A stretch of DNA of 64,000 nt from Hyphochytrium catenoides (Eukaryota; Protista; Hyphochytriomycota). The stretch covers positions 310,001-374,000 of the forward strand of contig FLMG01000355.1 in the NCBI GenBank assembly GCA_900088475.1. The letters run 5' to 3'. The notes beneath the pieces are model-generated. The model made no database searches. It saw only the letters and a list, made by a program, of their open reading frames with translations, and was not told where the DNA came from. This document shows positions 24,545-37,748 of this stretch, in pieces (position 1 is the stretch's first letter; each line of letters opens with the position of its first letter). Made by a program: the position numbers and the translations under genes.

Positions 24545-25015
24545 GGGACAAGCCGGCTACCAACGGGTAAAACACACATAGTGAGCCATCAGACCAGTGT
24601 CTGGGGCCGTAGGGCCGGGAAGCTGCCAATGCTGTCCGTAGGGGTCGCTCTTTTTCCTATAAAGTTTAAATGAAAGCTCCAAGTAGAGTTACAGCATTCC
24701 TCCTCCCCAAGTGCTAGACTGAGATGATGTTCAAGGCTGAAGAATATTCAAGGCAGCAGTGAGCTTCTTCTTTGGAAGGCTTCTCTAGCCTTTCCGTCCG
24801 TTGAGCTGCTCAGTCGATTTGCCAGGGCAGGTGACTCGCAGGGTCTCCAGCATTTCCCTTCCTGCTAAATGCTTGTTATCTTCTGAACTAGCTTCTTTAA
24901 CCTCTTGACCATAATCTTGGTGCCTCTCACCGTCTAGTGGTACGATAATCTCTAGCTGAGACATTCTCACTCAATTGCAATAAATTAGAATTAACTCCAG
25001 AGCTGTCAGTGGCGT

Positions 25016-27589
25016 CTACTTGTTGAAGAGAAAGTGCATGACGTCTCCATCTTGCACAATGTAGTCCTTCCCTTCTGATCTCATAGCCCCAGCTTCCTTG
25101 GACTTCTTCTCTCCCCCGTGCTTCACAAAGTCATCGTAGGAGATAGTCTCTGCTCTAATAAAGTACCTCTCAAAGTCCGAGTGGATCACCCCGGCAGCTT
25201 CTGGCGCCCGAGATCCTTAACAAGTGCCAAAAAAAAAGCGAAGTGCAGAATTAGGCGGAGTGGTCATGTCAAAAACAATGGACTTTCAGAGGGACAGTAC
25301 GCTATTCAGGCCCGGGCGAGGAGAAGACACAGCCTTACCGATTCGAATGTCCCAGGCCCTTGCCTCAGTCTCTCCCACTGTGTAGAATGATTGGAGGTGA
25401 AGGAGACGCTTGGATTCCCTCATAACCTGCAAGGCTGAGAGTCAACAGACTGGGACTGAAAATTTAGGTTGTGCTGCGTCGCGTCTGACCTTAGTAAGCC
25501 CTGTCTCTTTGAGATTGAAGCATTCCAGATACTCCATCTGTGACTCCTCGTCGTCGAAGCCAGCTGCTGCTTCCTCCAGCCCTGCCGACACCACCAGGCA
25601 GTCGGAGCCAGTCCTTTCCGCCTCCTCTTTCACTAGCTGACAAAAGGCATTTCCATCTGCAGCCTCCTCTTCCTTGACATTGCAGACGTACAGTACAGGC
25701 TTGGCGGAAAGGAGTTGGAGGGAGGAGACGTCCTTCCTTAGGTCTTCGGGTACATCTATAGCGTTAGCAGGGATGCCCTCTCCCAGAGATGATGACAGGA
25801 GCTGAAGAGCTTCACGAAGCTGAACGGCGTCTTTGTCTCCCGATCTGTCAACATCCCAGATCCAGAGGGAAGAGAGCAGACGGATATCAGACAGCCCAGA
25901 AGCAGAAGCGTCATAGCCGTACTCGCAGGAATATTGACGACCAGAGGAAGGAGTTACCCTCTATAGATTCAGGCCATCGTTTGCAACCTAGGACGCATGT
26001 AGTTGAGTGGTCTTACCTTGCTTTTTTTGCCAGGTTGGTCAACCTCGATTCCACAGTCTGTAAGTCTGGGAGAGGCGGCCAAGCATGGCGTTAAGCGAAG
26101 GACGGTCTCTCTTATCACGCGCCCATCCCTGTGTGTCATGTCTCTCCTTCTTTAGCCCACTAGTTTACCCCGCTAGTTTCCATTCCGTTAGGGGCTTCTA
26201 ATCTCTCTGTCCTGGTCTGGCTTCAATCAACCTCTCCTGGTTACTTGTCCTGCGTCCATCACGGAAGATTCACCCATTACGTCCTTCTGCCTACCTGCCA
26301 GTACTAGCTCCGAGCGAATCGTCTCCAGGTCCCTTAAGGGGTCTACGGTTGTCTCTACGTGGATAATATTTGGATCCTCGAAGCAGCGAATGACGTGAAG
26401 AACTACTGCTACTTGACGAATGTTCGATAGAAACTGATTCCCTAGGAACGGCGACGCATTAGTTTATGGGCTAAACGCACCCCGATAGCCAGAGCCTACT
26501 AAAGAGGTTATGACAGATAATGCACCGCTCGAGTCGGAAGGAATAAAGAGGTGATGGCCCATCGTAGCGTGGTGAGTCAGGGTCGAAAAGAAGAGGGACC
26601 GCCATCAGCAACCAACCTAAGCCTTCTCCCTTGTGAGCGCCTCTCACCAAGCCCGCAATATCTACGAACTCTAACTGCATGAATCAACGCCCCAGATAGG
26701 AGACAGAACAAGGGTTACGCCAGAGAATAGTGAGAGATTGAAAGAGGAGCCAGACAATAAGCACTGTAGACCAAGGAGGATAGTTCAAAAAGCAGATAGG
26801 CGCTGAAGAGGGCAAGGGATAGACAGAACACGGATGGAGAAGCAAGAGCTGGACACAAATGAAAGAGGCTCATCCCCAGAACCTATAGGAACAGAGAGGA
26901 AAGAAGTGCAGCCGACACCTAGACCGGCCAGACAATATATTGGCGGAGGCGCTGTGTCCCACCTGTGTCTCGACTACTCTCTTAGACTTCTCGATTTCTG
27001 CCAAGACGTGCAGCCGTGGATCCGGCACTGGCACCCGTGCTACGTTTGGCTCTATTGTGCAGAAGGGATAGTTAGCTGCTTGAGCTACCTGTACAGATAG
27101 AGAGTGATGGTGAGGACCAATCCAAGTTCGGCGTTCTCTCCCGCTGTCTCTCTATCTTGGTGTTGTTCGTGTCTCAGTTCCTTACATCTACTTGCTATTT
27201 TTCTCCCTTGCCCCGTCGCTGTCTCTCCATAATCGGTTCTAATTCTCATGCCGTCTTTCGTTTGCAAGCCCTCCCCTCCATGCTTCGTTGTCTCTCGCTA
27301 TCCCTTTCTGCTCCTCGCATCTGGGTCTCTTCCAATGCCTCTTTCTCATGCGCTCTGCCAAGAGGCAACTTCGGTCACTTTGTGTGTTCTGCTTTGGCCT
27401 CCACCGCCTCCTTACCTGACTCTTCGTGAGTGCATTGAATAGCGTGGACTTCCCAACATTGGGCATCCCTACGATGCCGATGGGTCGATGATAGCCTCTA
27501 CTTTGCTGAAAGACAGCGCGCAAGGGCCACCCCTGCGCGGCTCGGAGCAACCTCCTGGCGCCCGGAGTGGCAGCACAGAGTCGCAGCAT
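25016..27589 (-). CDS. ychF: Obg-like ATPase YchF/OLA1, bacterial-type, probable mitochondrial presequence, multi-exon
   Basis: Arg-rich leader [18 protein letters not shown]. Motifs [66 protein letters not shown] and [19 protein letters not shown]. Confidence 0.95.
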
Positions 27590-28184
27590 TACGTTGAAGC
27601 AGGGCACACGATGATGAACCTTTCTTGTCAACGCGAGGGCAGAGAGGAAGCGCAAGGCAGCAGGAACGAGCGCTAGCCAAGCCGATATGCGAGAACGGCG
27701 TGCGGCACTGGCTTTTATAAGAGAAAGGAGAGGCCGCCCGCCAAGAAAAACTTGGGGCAAGTGGGAGGGAGGCGAAGAAGTGAGAGAGAGGCATTGACGA
27801 AGAGGTGATGATCGGGGAAGGGCAAAGTGCAGGAGGAGGAGGGACCACCAACAGTGCGAATCCATCATGGGCGGAATAGGAATAGGTGATAGGTCAATGT
27901 GCGGCGTAGCTGTTATTATACACACATTTGCTTTAGTGGTTATTCTTTAGATCAATCGGGTGGCTTACTGCGCTGACGAAGCGTCAAGGTTATTATGGCA
28001 CAATCTGTCTGTCTTTCTCCCTTTCTCTTCTCTCTCTCTCTCTCTCTGTCTCTCTTTCTCACTCACACACACATTCATATGTTTCCTCTATGTTTGGGCT
28101 CTATCTGATCCTCTCCTTCCTTCTTTGTCAGCAGCAAGCGCGAAGAACGGGAGGATAGGATGAACTTGGCTGGGCCAGCTCCGG

Positions 28185-29986
28185 TTACTTCCTTCCTCGG
28201 CCTTTGTCTTTGTCCTTGTTCATATACTGCTCCTTAGGAAAGTTCGTGATGGCTTGCTCCCCATGATACTGAAGGGCTGCGAGATCATAGGCCTTGGCTG
28301 CCTCCACCTCGGTCTCATACAGGCCTAGCTCAATCTTCCTTCCTCCCACCGTGATGCGCGCCCTCCATTTCTTCTTGTCCTTGCGATAGTACGCACCTCT
28401 GAAGGGTTGGTCCTCGGCATGCTCGCTGTGCAAGACCCCAAGTAAGCCAAATCGTTATCCCACCTTCGTCCTGAAAAGAATCTCTCGCTCTGCTGCCCCT
28501 ACCATGCGCGGAACTGATAACCGGACGTCTTCCGCCTCCTTCCGTACATTCTAGATTTTTCACTGCGATGTTCTCTACTTTTCTCTACCCTGTGAGAATC
28601 CTTTCTCTCTCTCACACACACACATTAAAGCTTCATAGAAACACTTCTGAATCTTACCTAGGGTCCTGATGTTTCACCAGTGACTCCTTCAACTCTGGAG
28701 GCTCTGGCATAGAACACTGCTGCTTTACGAGCTGATAGTAGCTTGCTGCGGATTTTGTTGTCCTCTCATCCGCTCTGATGGTTGCCTCATCGATAGCGTC
28801 CATGATAAAGGCTCGCACCGCGTCCATGGTGTGAACGCTACCGCTTTGAATCTTGTCTCTCAGTGTCTCTAAGGGTACCGACCACCAATATAACAGGAGC
28901 AGCGAGACAACAGCAAAGCAAGACAGGGGCCAAATGTCAGGACAGAAATGGACCGAAATACAGAGTAGGAGAGAAGAGTCCATCTCCGCATCATAAAGAG
29001 CCCACGGCGGCGGCACAATCTATTGAGAAGTAGGTCGTGGTCACGCTTCCCGATGACTTAAGATAGCCATAATAGACACATAGACACAAAGACAAACAAT
29101 CGCCTCATTCAGGCAAAATAAGCAAGAAATGGATAAAGGCTCTTCCTCTACCACTGTGTGACGGCCCCCACCAACTTACCAATGGCCCTCGTCATAGAAG
29201 GAGCAATCTCTAAGAAGTTATGGTCGGTCAGATTGTTCAGTATGCTCTGAAACCACCGCCGTCTTCTGTTAAAGTTCACATTTGCCGTTTTCTTCCTCCG
29301 CGCCATGGTATCTTTGGTCTGCTGCGGGTATCTGGAGCAAAGATAAGATAGATGGCCTTGCCTAGTCAGGTTATGACTTACTTTTTAGGCGGAGCTCCAG
29401 GTTTGGCTTTGATCCAGATCTTCAAGGCGTTGTTGAGCTGTGCACGAACTTTGAAAGGCATTTAAGGAACTCTGCATCGTCCCTGAAGGTGAAGCTATGG
29501 CTCACCGGTTTCATGCTCTCGAATCAGTGCCTCAAAAGCTTTGATTAGCGTCGGGCTGACATTGGAGAAGATTAGAGACGGTAGAATAGCATGAGGCTTA
29601 GATGTGAAACGTACTCTGCATTTTCGACTACTTCCTTTAGTTCTGAGGCTACAGGGAAGGGCTTCACTGGATATAATGAGGCGAATGTGTCCGTCCTAAG
29701 CCGCTTGGTGGCCTCCTGTTGCTCGACAGCAGCAGCCTGCGCCCCCTACAGATGATTAGGCCCCCACAGCCGACCTAGATCTTTTACTGGAGGCTCGAAG
29801 ACTACCAACCTCTTTACGCGTCTCATCCGTAGGAGTCTTTGCGGGAGAAGGCTCTGTAGAGTTTCTCGTCCGCCTCTTGTTGACGCTGTTTGTGCTATAA
29901 TGGGCCAAGTAGGTCAAAAGAACAAGGGTTAGACTCATCTATCGTGGCTGTTGGCGTCTCTTCAACCAGTATAACCCCTACCTCAT
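28185..29986 (-). CDS. AP2/ERF DNA-binding domain protein, multi-exon, with an apparent 1-nt frameshift at ~29462
   Basis: Last exon FRGAYYRKDKKKWRARITVGGRKIELGLYETEVEAAKAYDLAALQYHGEQAITNFP is a textbook AP2 domain. Upstream GT-AG exons chain in phase back to a putative ATG at 29986, except for one missing base. The start is uncertain. Confidence 0.75.
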
Positions 29987-30835
29987 ATTTCTCTGGTTGG
30001 ATGGAAGAGCGCCAGAAGGCCAGGTAACCTCAGCTCAGCATCCAACGCCTCCCTTCCTGTCTGGTTGTATACTCTGAAGAGACTCCAATGCCTGCCAACC
30101 GAATGAAGCTATGAATCCCTCTGCCAGTGCTAGCTAACTGATAGTTGTTGAGCCTTTTATCGAGCTCCGCGGAGGATCTGGCGCTCCTCCAACAGCAACA
30201 TCAAAAAGCTCCACACTGAGACTCAAAAATAGATAACCCAGGTCAGCACAATAACCATAATGGGGCTATTGGGCCTAGGAAGACTCACAGCACTCTAAGA
30301 AGGATAGGATCCAAAATAGGTTAACCCAGTTGGCCGATCCTGCTCTTCTTGCTTCTTGTGGCGCCGCCGCTGCGCGACTTCCAGGAGACAAGCGCACAAA
30401 GGAAAAAGTGGAGCAGGCTTGAGCTTCTTGTCTGGCCGTTCTCTCCTCTTTCTTTAAAGCACTTTTGGCTGCTTGGAGCTTTGTCGGTGCATCACCGCTC
30501 TATATGTGACTATGAGCTGCACTTTACTGACTCCAGTTGACCTGAGCATAAGCTAATTATACCTTCTGCCACTCTATGATATCCTACCTGCGACCTGAGA
30601 TTGCGTAGGCTCTAGTCGTACTCACGTGTCACCGATCTTTTCCGCTTGTACATTGGAGGCGCTAGCATGTCCTCTTATGCGGACTGAAAGAGAAACACGA
30701 ACCTCATTGGCGTCGGCGTAAAGGGAGATTGGGGAAAGGAACTGACACACGTGCTCACAGTTTTGAAGGGATTGCCTTTGCTCTTGACTCCCTTTGATCC
30801 CGCAAAGCACACCCTGAGTTATCCATCCTGACAGG

Positions 30836-33800
30836 ATGGGGGACCTCTTTCGACAGTATGACCATGGCCTTGAGGAGGTGGGCGAGTTCCCGGCGAAACA
30901 CGTTATCAATAACCTTACCATGATAGCCGAGGATAACATCGTCAGGGCAGCCGACATCGCAGACTTAATCATAAAGAAAATCTTCAATGTATGTACTCCA
31001 GGGGGACAGGAAAGGGTCAAGGAGGCAGTAGAGTAGGCAAGATAGGAATACCATTCGTTAGAAGCTCTCTCAGTATGAATCAACCAGCGACAGGGGAGGC
31101 TTGGGAGCGGTAAAGGAAGATGTAGATGACATCGAATACGTCCCAGGAGGGTTCTGCTTGGTGGCCTATGGTGCAAAGTCTACTGGGCTCTCTCCTTTTG
31201 CTCTTCTTCTCTCCGCCTCTCTCGCTTATACGCGTTGCTTTCTGTCTATGCCTTCTCTTCTGGTCTTCCTTTTTCCTTGAAAATCTTTGGTGTGTGCTGG
31301 TTATCTCTATTGCAGACGGCGCCAAGGCGAAAGATTCCCCTGTGTTACCTCATGGATTCGATACTTAAGAACGTGAGAGACGTGTACATCGGCTTTTTTG
31401 GCGCGCACATTGTGGAGATCTTCGACCACTGCTGGGAAACTGTAAGCCACTTGCGTAGTCTATGTTGGACGTCTACGATCGACTGCTGACGTCTTATTAA
31501 CACATTTCCCTCTTTATCTTTCTTTGTGTGTCACTCCGGGCCCTAAATCTGGTGGTGCTTTATCTCATGGGCGTTGTCTACATAGTAGTAACTTTCCCTT
31601 TCCGCTGTTGTTGACCATTATCGTATCGCAAGCTAAGGAAGCATGTCTCTGTTTATCTCATGCACGTTGCTGCACGATCATCTATGTAGGTTGGCAGAGA
31701 TGATGATAGAGCCAGACTCGAACGCCTCTTGCGGACATGGGAAGAGATGCGCCTTTTTTCTGACATGAAACTACGAGCAATGAGGGCAAGGGTGCAACAG
31801 GGAGTGGCTCAGCCTCTCGTTTATCAGTCTTACGCACCGCAGCCGATGGCTCCTGGACCTCCAATGGTGATGGGAAGGGGTCCTAGACCAGGGTTCAGGC
31901 CAAGACCCCCACCAATGCACCAGCCACCACTCATGCGTCCTGCGGCTCCACCGGTGAATAGGTACATTCTTATATCCCTTCCTCTATTCTACCTATCTCT
32001 CCGCCTAGGAGCTTTGTCTGTTCTAAGCTGATAGCCCAGCGACGTTTCGTAAGACTCTTCTGCTTATTGTTAGCCTCTGTCTCACTTCTGTAGCACGGAA
32101 CCCGTTGACTTGTTTTATAATTTACCTCTCTGTACGGACAACGCTGCGTTCCCTCCTGTTATGCCCTAATCTCAATAAATGATAGATTGCAGGGCTTACT
32201 CACCTTCTTCTCATCCTCTGTCTCGTCGTTTGGGGCATTGGGCTTTTGCCCCTCCCTGCGACTTGCTTGACATCGCCCCTGCTAGGCCTGGCCCGGGTGC
32301 TCTGCCCCCTCGGTCAACGGAGGATGATGAGCTTCGTCGTATTCTTGTTCAACTGCAAGACAGCATGGGCATTCCTCCAGATACAAGGATGACTTTAGAG
32401 GAAGTGAGACAAGGCAATCCGACCCTTTATGGGCAGCTTCTACAGTATAGAGAGCAAGGTGCCAGCGGATCCCGCGCAGGACCTCCCACAAGAGGAGCTG
32501 GACCGGGACCTATCCCTTCGAGAGCTGGACACATACACCCCGCAGGAGCGCAAGGTCATCCTATTCGAGAGCCAGCTCCTCTTCAAGGTGAGCCTTCGGA
32601 GAACTCATTGCTAGAGCCTTTACCATCATGAGGCCTTTGACTGTCAGCTTGTTTCCTTGTTCTTAATGACTTCCACTCCATCCTACTCACCCTCCCCCTT
32701 CCTTTACTCCATCCTACTCACTCTTCCCCTCCTTTGTGGTGGCCGGCTACCGTCAGCGAGGCAGCCTGCAGTCGTAGGTCATCCAAGCCGTACCCAAACT
32801 CAGGTGTCTGCCTCAACAATTGGAGGTATGGGTATAATCTCCCTTCAAACTTCTTTTGCTTACTTGCCATACCGGCTGCTAAGTTCCACCTTGCTAGCTT
32901 TGCTGTTGCCAACTCCGACTTCCTACTCTAGCGTACTCCATGTGTCCTTCTTTCTAGATAGATGCGTTTCTAATGGGTATGGGGAGCAGCGACCGCGTCT
33001 CTTCCGCCAGCTGCGAACAAGAATTTGCAGGAGATCCTTGCACGGCTGAAGTCTCAGAAAGAGCAGAGTCAGATCGGGTCTCAAGCCTATCGTCAGCCTG
33101 CAGAGCAAAGGTTCGATGGGGGCCGAGTGATCAATGGTAGAGCGTCTGGTGATGCTAGTGGAAGAGGTCGCACTCCAAGTCCAGGGCCAAGCACAGGTCA
33201 GGCGCATCCGTCTCTTTTGCGACCCGCTTTCTAAAGCGGGTCTATATTCGTTGCATCTCTAGTACCTCCATCTCCTCTCTCTTGTACTCTTTTAACCCGG
33301 CCAAACGATCTTATTATGTTTGCAGGTCCAATCAAGCATACACAGTTCACACAGATCAAGAACGATAAAGAGTGAGTTTAGTGTGTCCTACAATCTCACA
33401 GAGGCGGTTCATGGCTGTCCCTGAGTAGCTTTAACCAGCCAATCTAGGGATTCTATCTACATCCATCTCATCACTTTTGTCCGGTCCATAAGCCACCATT
33501 GTGATTCTGAAGTCGCCCTTCCTTTTTTGACCCACTGTCTTCTCTGACATTCCCCAGCCGCCATGAGATTGTTATCATGGCTTTGTACAAGCAGTTTCCC
33601 CTGCAATGCGCACAGTGTGGGCTAAGGCTTGAGTCGAAAGAGAAGGTAGTGTATGACCTTCGTCGGACTGCTCAAATGCCCATCACTGGGTCCAATTATA
33701 AACTAGGCATCCGGGGATCGTCGGACCTCTCCATCGCCCTCCTGTTGGCATGCCCTCTGTACTTTCGTCGTATTCATTTTTGAGCGCTGTCTCAGCTTTC

Positions 33801-35323
33801 GAGCTCCCTTGGCCACTTCTGCTCTCAGATTTCGGTTTTGCTCCTTATACTCTTTCTCACTTCGTTGACACACTGCTGCCTGTATGTTGGCCAGCTCAAT
33901 GATTCAATATGTTTCACTCTATTGTAGATGGCTTCACACTATGATGCGCATTTCCGGATTAATAAGGCTCGCCAAGAAAGGGCCCATGGATCCACCTCTC
34001 GGTCTTGGTACCAGCTTCTCCGGACCTGGCAGTCGGATTTCAGCGAGTTAGACGAGACCAGAGGAGAGCAAACTTCCTCCATATTTGAGAGACAGGATTC
34101 AGGTATGAGAGCCTCCCTTTATACTCTTAATCAGTTTTCCGGTATCGTGTAGCAACATCATATGGGAGTTAGCCCTTTATTCGTTACCACACTGCACATG
34201 CTGCGGGTTTTGGTACCTTCATAACGTCAGCTGTCTTTTGCTGCCATTAGGTGACACTCCTGAGGAGAACAAGTATACGAGCTACTGTGTTCCCGCAGAT
34301 GATTCCATTACGAAGTGCCGGATATGCGGGTATGTCATTCTCATGTCGGTCCATTGAAAGAGGCTTGAGTTTTTTAATCTGGCCGTTGGACCGTTGCTGC
34401 CTCATCAGAGAGACTTTTGAACGCTTCTACAACGACGAAGAAGAGGAATGGATGTATCGGTAAGTTCACGGCTTGTGGAGTCAGGCAAATGGCATAGCCG
34501 GTCAACCTCAATTTACCTAAAGACTGAAAGCTACAGATCAGATATCCACACCTTGCGACGATAGAACCGCAGAGGTTCGAAAGATCGGACTGCCTCATTA
34601 ATATTGCTGAAGACATAGAGCAAGACAGAAAGAGAGAAAGGAAGAGAGAAAGAGGGAGGGAGAGCATTAGAAGAACTGCGGGTGGGAAGGACCTGGGAAA
34701 GATCTAATTGACATGTTGCTAGCGGTGCTGTCCCAGGAAAAATTTCCAGTGAGACTCCTGGAGGACCGTCAATCGAGACCATATTCCATAAGCGATGCTC
34801 CGATGCTGTCCTCAAACATTCCACTGCCATCACCCAAGGACACCTAGTGCCTTGGTCGCCTGAGGCGAAGCCAGCGGGGCTAAGTACTATGAGTTGGGCT
34901 GATGTGGCAGAAGCTGTAAGAGCTTCACAAGGTGAGGACCCAACTGAAAACAGACGAGATGAAGCTGAAGGAGTATCTGGAGGGCCAGCGAGCGAAACAG
35001 ACCCTGCAAGAGAATGAGGGACAGCGGGTGAAGGAGGAAGGAAAGGATAGCAACAGAAAAAGATTCTTTGTCTTATAGTGACTCCTATCGTTCTTCAGGG
35101 GTGAACGAGGACATTAAGGCTGAGCCTATCAAGGAAGAGGAAGGCATCCATCCGAAGGTTGAGATACCTCCACCGGAAGAGGAGCAGAGCGATACTAATG
35201 TGTCACCTAAGGAGGTGAGGACAGCCTTTTGCCATGTCTCTTTCTGTCGACAAGACTGAGCCTACCTCTAAGCAGGAGCCTACAGAGGAAGGAGGACCGC
35301 GAAAGAAGCGAGCCCGATTCTAA
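30836..35323 (+). CDS. PCF11: Pre-mRNA cleavage factor PCF11 (CID domain plus C-terminal zinc fingers), multi-exon
   Basis: CID: KHVINNLTMIAE and KIPLCYLMDSILKNV. Zinc fingers: LYKQFPLQCAQCGLR...HYDAHFRINK...SRSWY and [30 protein letters not shown]. Confidence 0.92.
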
Positions 35324-36467
35324 ACATTAGTATTAAGTCCATAGGAACAGATCCACAGATCCCGGAAGCACCTTCCCATAGTCGTTAGCTCCCGCAGCCT
35401 GGGCATAACCCAAAAGGACCTAAAAGCTACTAACAGCCTTAACTATCAGGCGTATAGCCAGCAGGCATAGGACGGAATATGCCGGAAGCCCTCAATTGGA
35501 AGACTCTCCAGGGCTCTATCACACTTGGCGCATGGCTATAGAAAGAGGCAGCTCCTCACGGCGTGGTCAAGCGTCGCAAGAAGACGGCTTGTTGCTTGCG
35601 CTAAAAGAGGCTCCAGTCACTTGGGAGTGGTTAGGATCATAGTCAAGGATGATTCATACGATAAAGATTGTTATAGATGGACATCCAGGACTATCACTTG
35701 TTGCTTTCACGCTGTTAGCTCTGCGAGGAGGTTTTATTAAATTATCATGGGGTTGTCGACGGCGATGGTGGCTGCAGCCTGTCAGCACTGAATTTAATGA
35801 CCATTCGGACAAGCAAGCACAACTACCTTCAGACAAGCGTCTGCAGGGACTTCGAGAAGTAGGAATCGAAGGTTGAGAAGCAGGACGAACACCACTTGAT
35901 AAGCTTCACTCTATATGGCCTTCAAAGATCCAAGGCCGAGAATCACACCTCAACCGCTAATGGGCGACCTCAGCTAACAGCTTTATATTCATGGCAATGG
36001 CTTTATTTAAAGAGCTGTGACTTATTGCTTAAGAGGGCGGGTCCACATTCCCTCTGAGAGGAGAAGAACTAAGGCACATAACCAGCTACTGAGCACAGGC
36101 CCGAAGTGTCTATAAGGAAAAGATATGCCCAACGCACTGTCTGCTTATGCATTATAGCCGCGAGGCAAGCACAAGACAACGTAAGCACATTGGCACTTCA
36201 ATATTTGCTGAAGTAAACCCCATTCAATCACGGGCGTCCTGATGGGAGTACGAATCAGCACATGCACCAAAGAGAGGTGTTACATCTTACAAATAACAGT
36301 GAAGGCCTCCTTATCCTTGACGCAATATCCATGGACACGAAGACTTTCTAAGACACATCTATTGATTGCTCTCCATGGCAATGTCAGCCAACTCTGTCCA
36401 ACAAAATCCCTTCGCGGGGGGGTGGGGGAGAAGAACTTCGCTTGCTGCGGCAAGCAAGTCAGATTGA

Positions 36468-37136
36468 CTACATGCGGTCTTCCTCAACCAAACGTATCCA
36501 GTCCGTTCTCAGACGCCGCTTCACAAGATGAAATGGCCGAGATGCTACAAAGAGTGGATGACAAGTGCACCTAGTTCTTAGCCATGACCTTAAGATCAAT
36601 GCCTCAAGCAGAGCCACCAGTGCAGCACTGGATGATCGAAGTGTATCAACAGGCACTATCAAGCGACATCTTTGTTATCTTAACAGGTCGCGCAAGTTGT
36701 CTCCTGACAAGGCTCTGATGGGTCTTGGTTGCGTGGCTTGTGACCTTGCAGTGGTATCTTGCTGAATGACAGCGGACGCGAGAAGAACGGCCAAGATATC
36801 TTTCCTGTAGTGCTGCTCCCCGTACCCTCACCACACATCCCACATTTTAGACAGGCCTTTAAGCCTAACATTTCTGGACCCCAGAGGAATGTCCTCTAAT
36901 GTAAGGATCATAGAGACCCAGCTAGCCAGTTCTGATATAAAGACCCTCCTTTTTGATTCTTTCCTTTTAGCATGGAAAGCTTCCTTTGAATCCTTCCTCA
37001 CTCTAGCTAGGGCTTTGAGTGAAAGTTCCGTAAAGTACGGAAAGAACGAAGGTTTCAGATTTTCACAAGAGTATGCAGCATCCACAACCCCAACCCAACT
37101 GACCCTATTCTGAATGTATTTGCTTACATTTAACAT
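36468..37136 (-). pseudogene. Unidentified pseudogene-like frame (223 codons, two internal stops)
   Basis: ORF-track entries 36828..37136 and 36468..36662 are in the same frame, and the intervening codons are open except for two stops. No family recognised. Confidence 0.25.
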
Positions 37137-37748
37137 AAGTTAATGATTATCAGTGATAGCGTGGGTTCTGCCAAAAATAACGCCCCAATCCTGGCTCCGT
37201 GGCTGTCATCAGAACAGGAATCAGACCTTCCCAGATGATCAGTAAGCAAGGCACAGATGTTACTTCGCAGCTTCAAAGCTACTACTTCTGCTGCTGCTGC
37301 TTCCACTCTGTCTCTTCTATTGCTTTCCTCTCTTCTTTGCCCCACTCTTCTCTTCCTTTCCTCCTCTTCTTCCTCCCTACACTTCTCACCTCCCTCTCTA
37401 CTTTCCCCCTGTCTCCCGCATTGCTCTCCCTTGCTTCTCTCCTCTCTTACCCTCCTATATCTCCCTCTATCTACTTGGAAGTCCACCTAAGAGCTACTCT
37501 CCATGTTTGCAGGTCTTTCAAGCGACATTCACTTTTTGCTCTCCCTGAAGCGACACTTGGACGTGAAGCAAGTTCCAAGCAAATCAGCTCACTATGCACT
37601 TCTTCAGACTCCTCAGCAACGTCAACTCTGAACAATAGTCATTCATAAGTTGTCTCTCCTGCAACAACACTCCCAAGAGCGCGGTTTTGCGCAGCGTTGG
37701 CGCCACCCTAAGGATCCTTTATAGAGCGTCTGAAGTCTATCAGCCACA

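Noticed and set aside
27590-27925. Long N-terminal extension of YchF in the ORF track
   Set aside because: Non-ATG start and low-complexity promoter-like sequence. ATG 27589 gives a typical mitochondrial presequence.
29455-29470. Programmed ribosomal frameshift in the AP2 gene
   Set aside because: No X_XXY_YYZ slippery heptamer, and the -1 frame has TAA at the site. An assembly error or mutation is more plausible.
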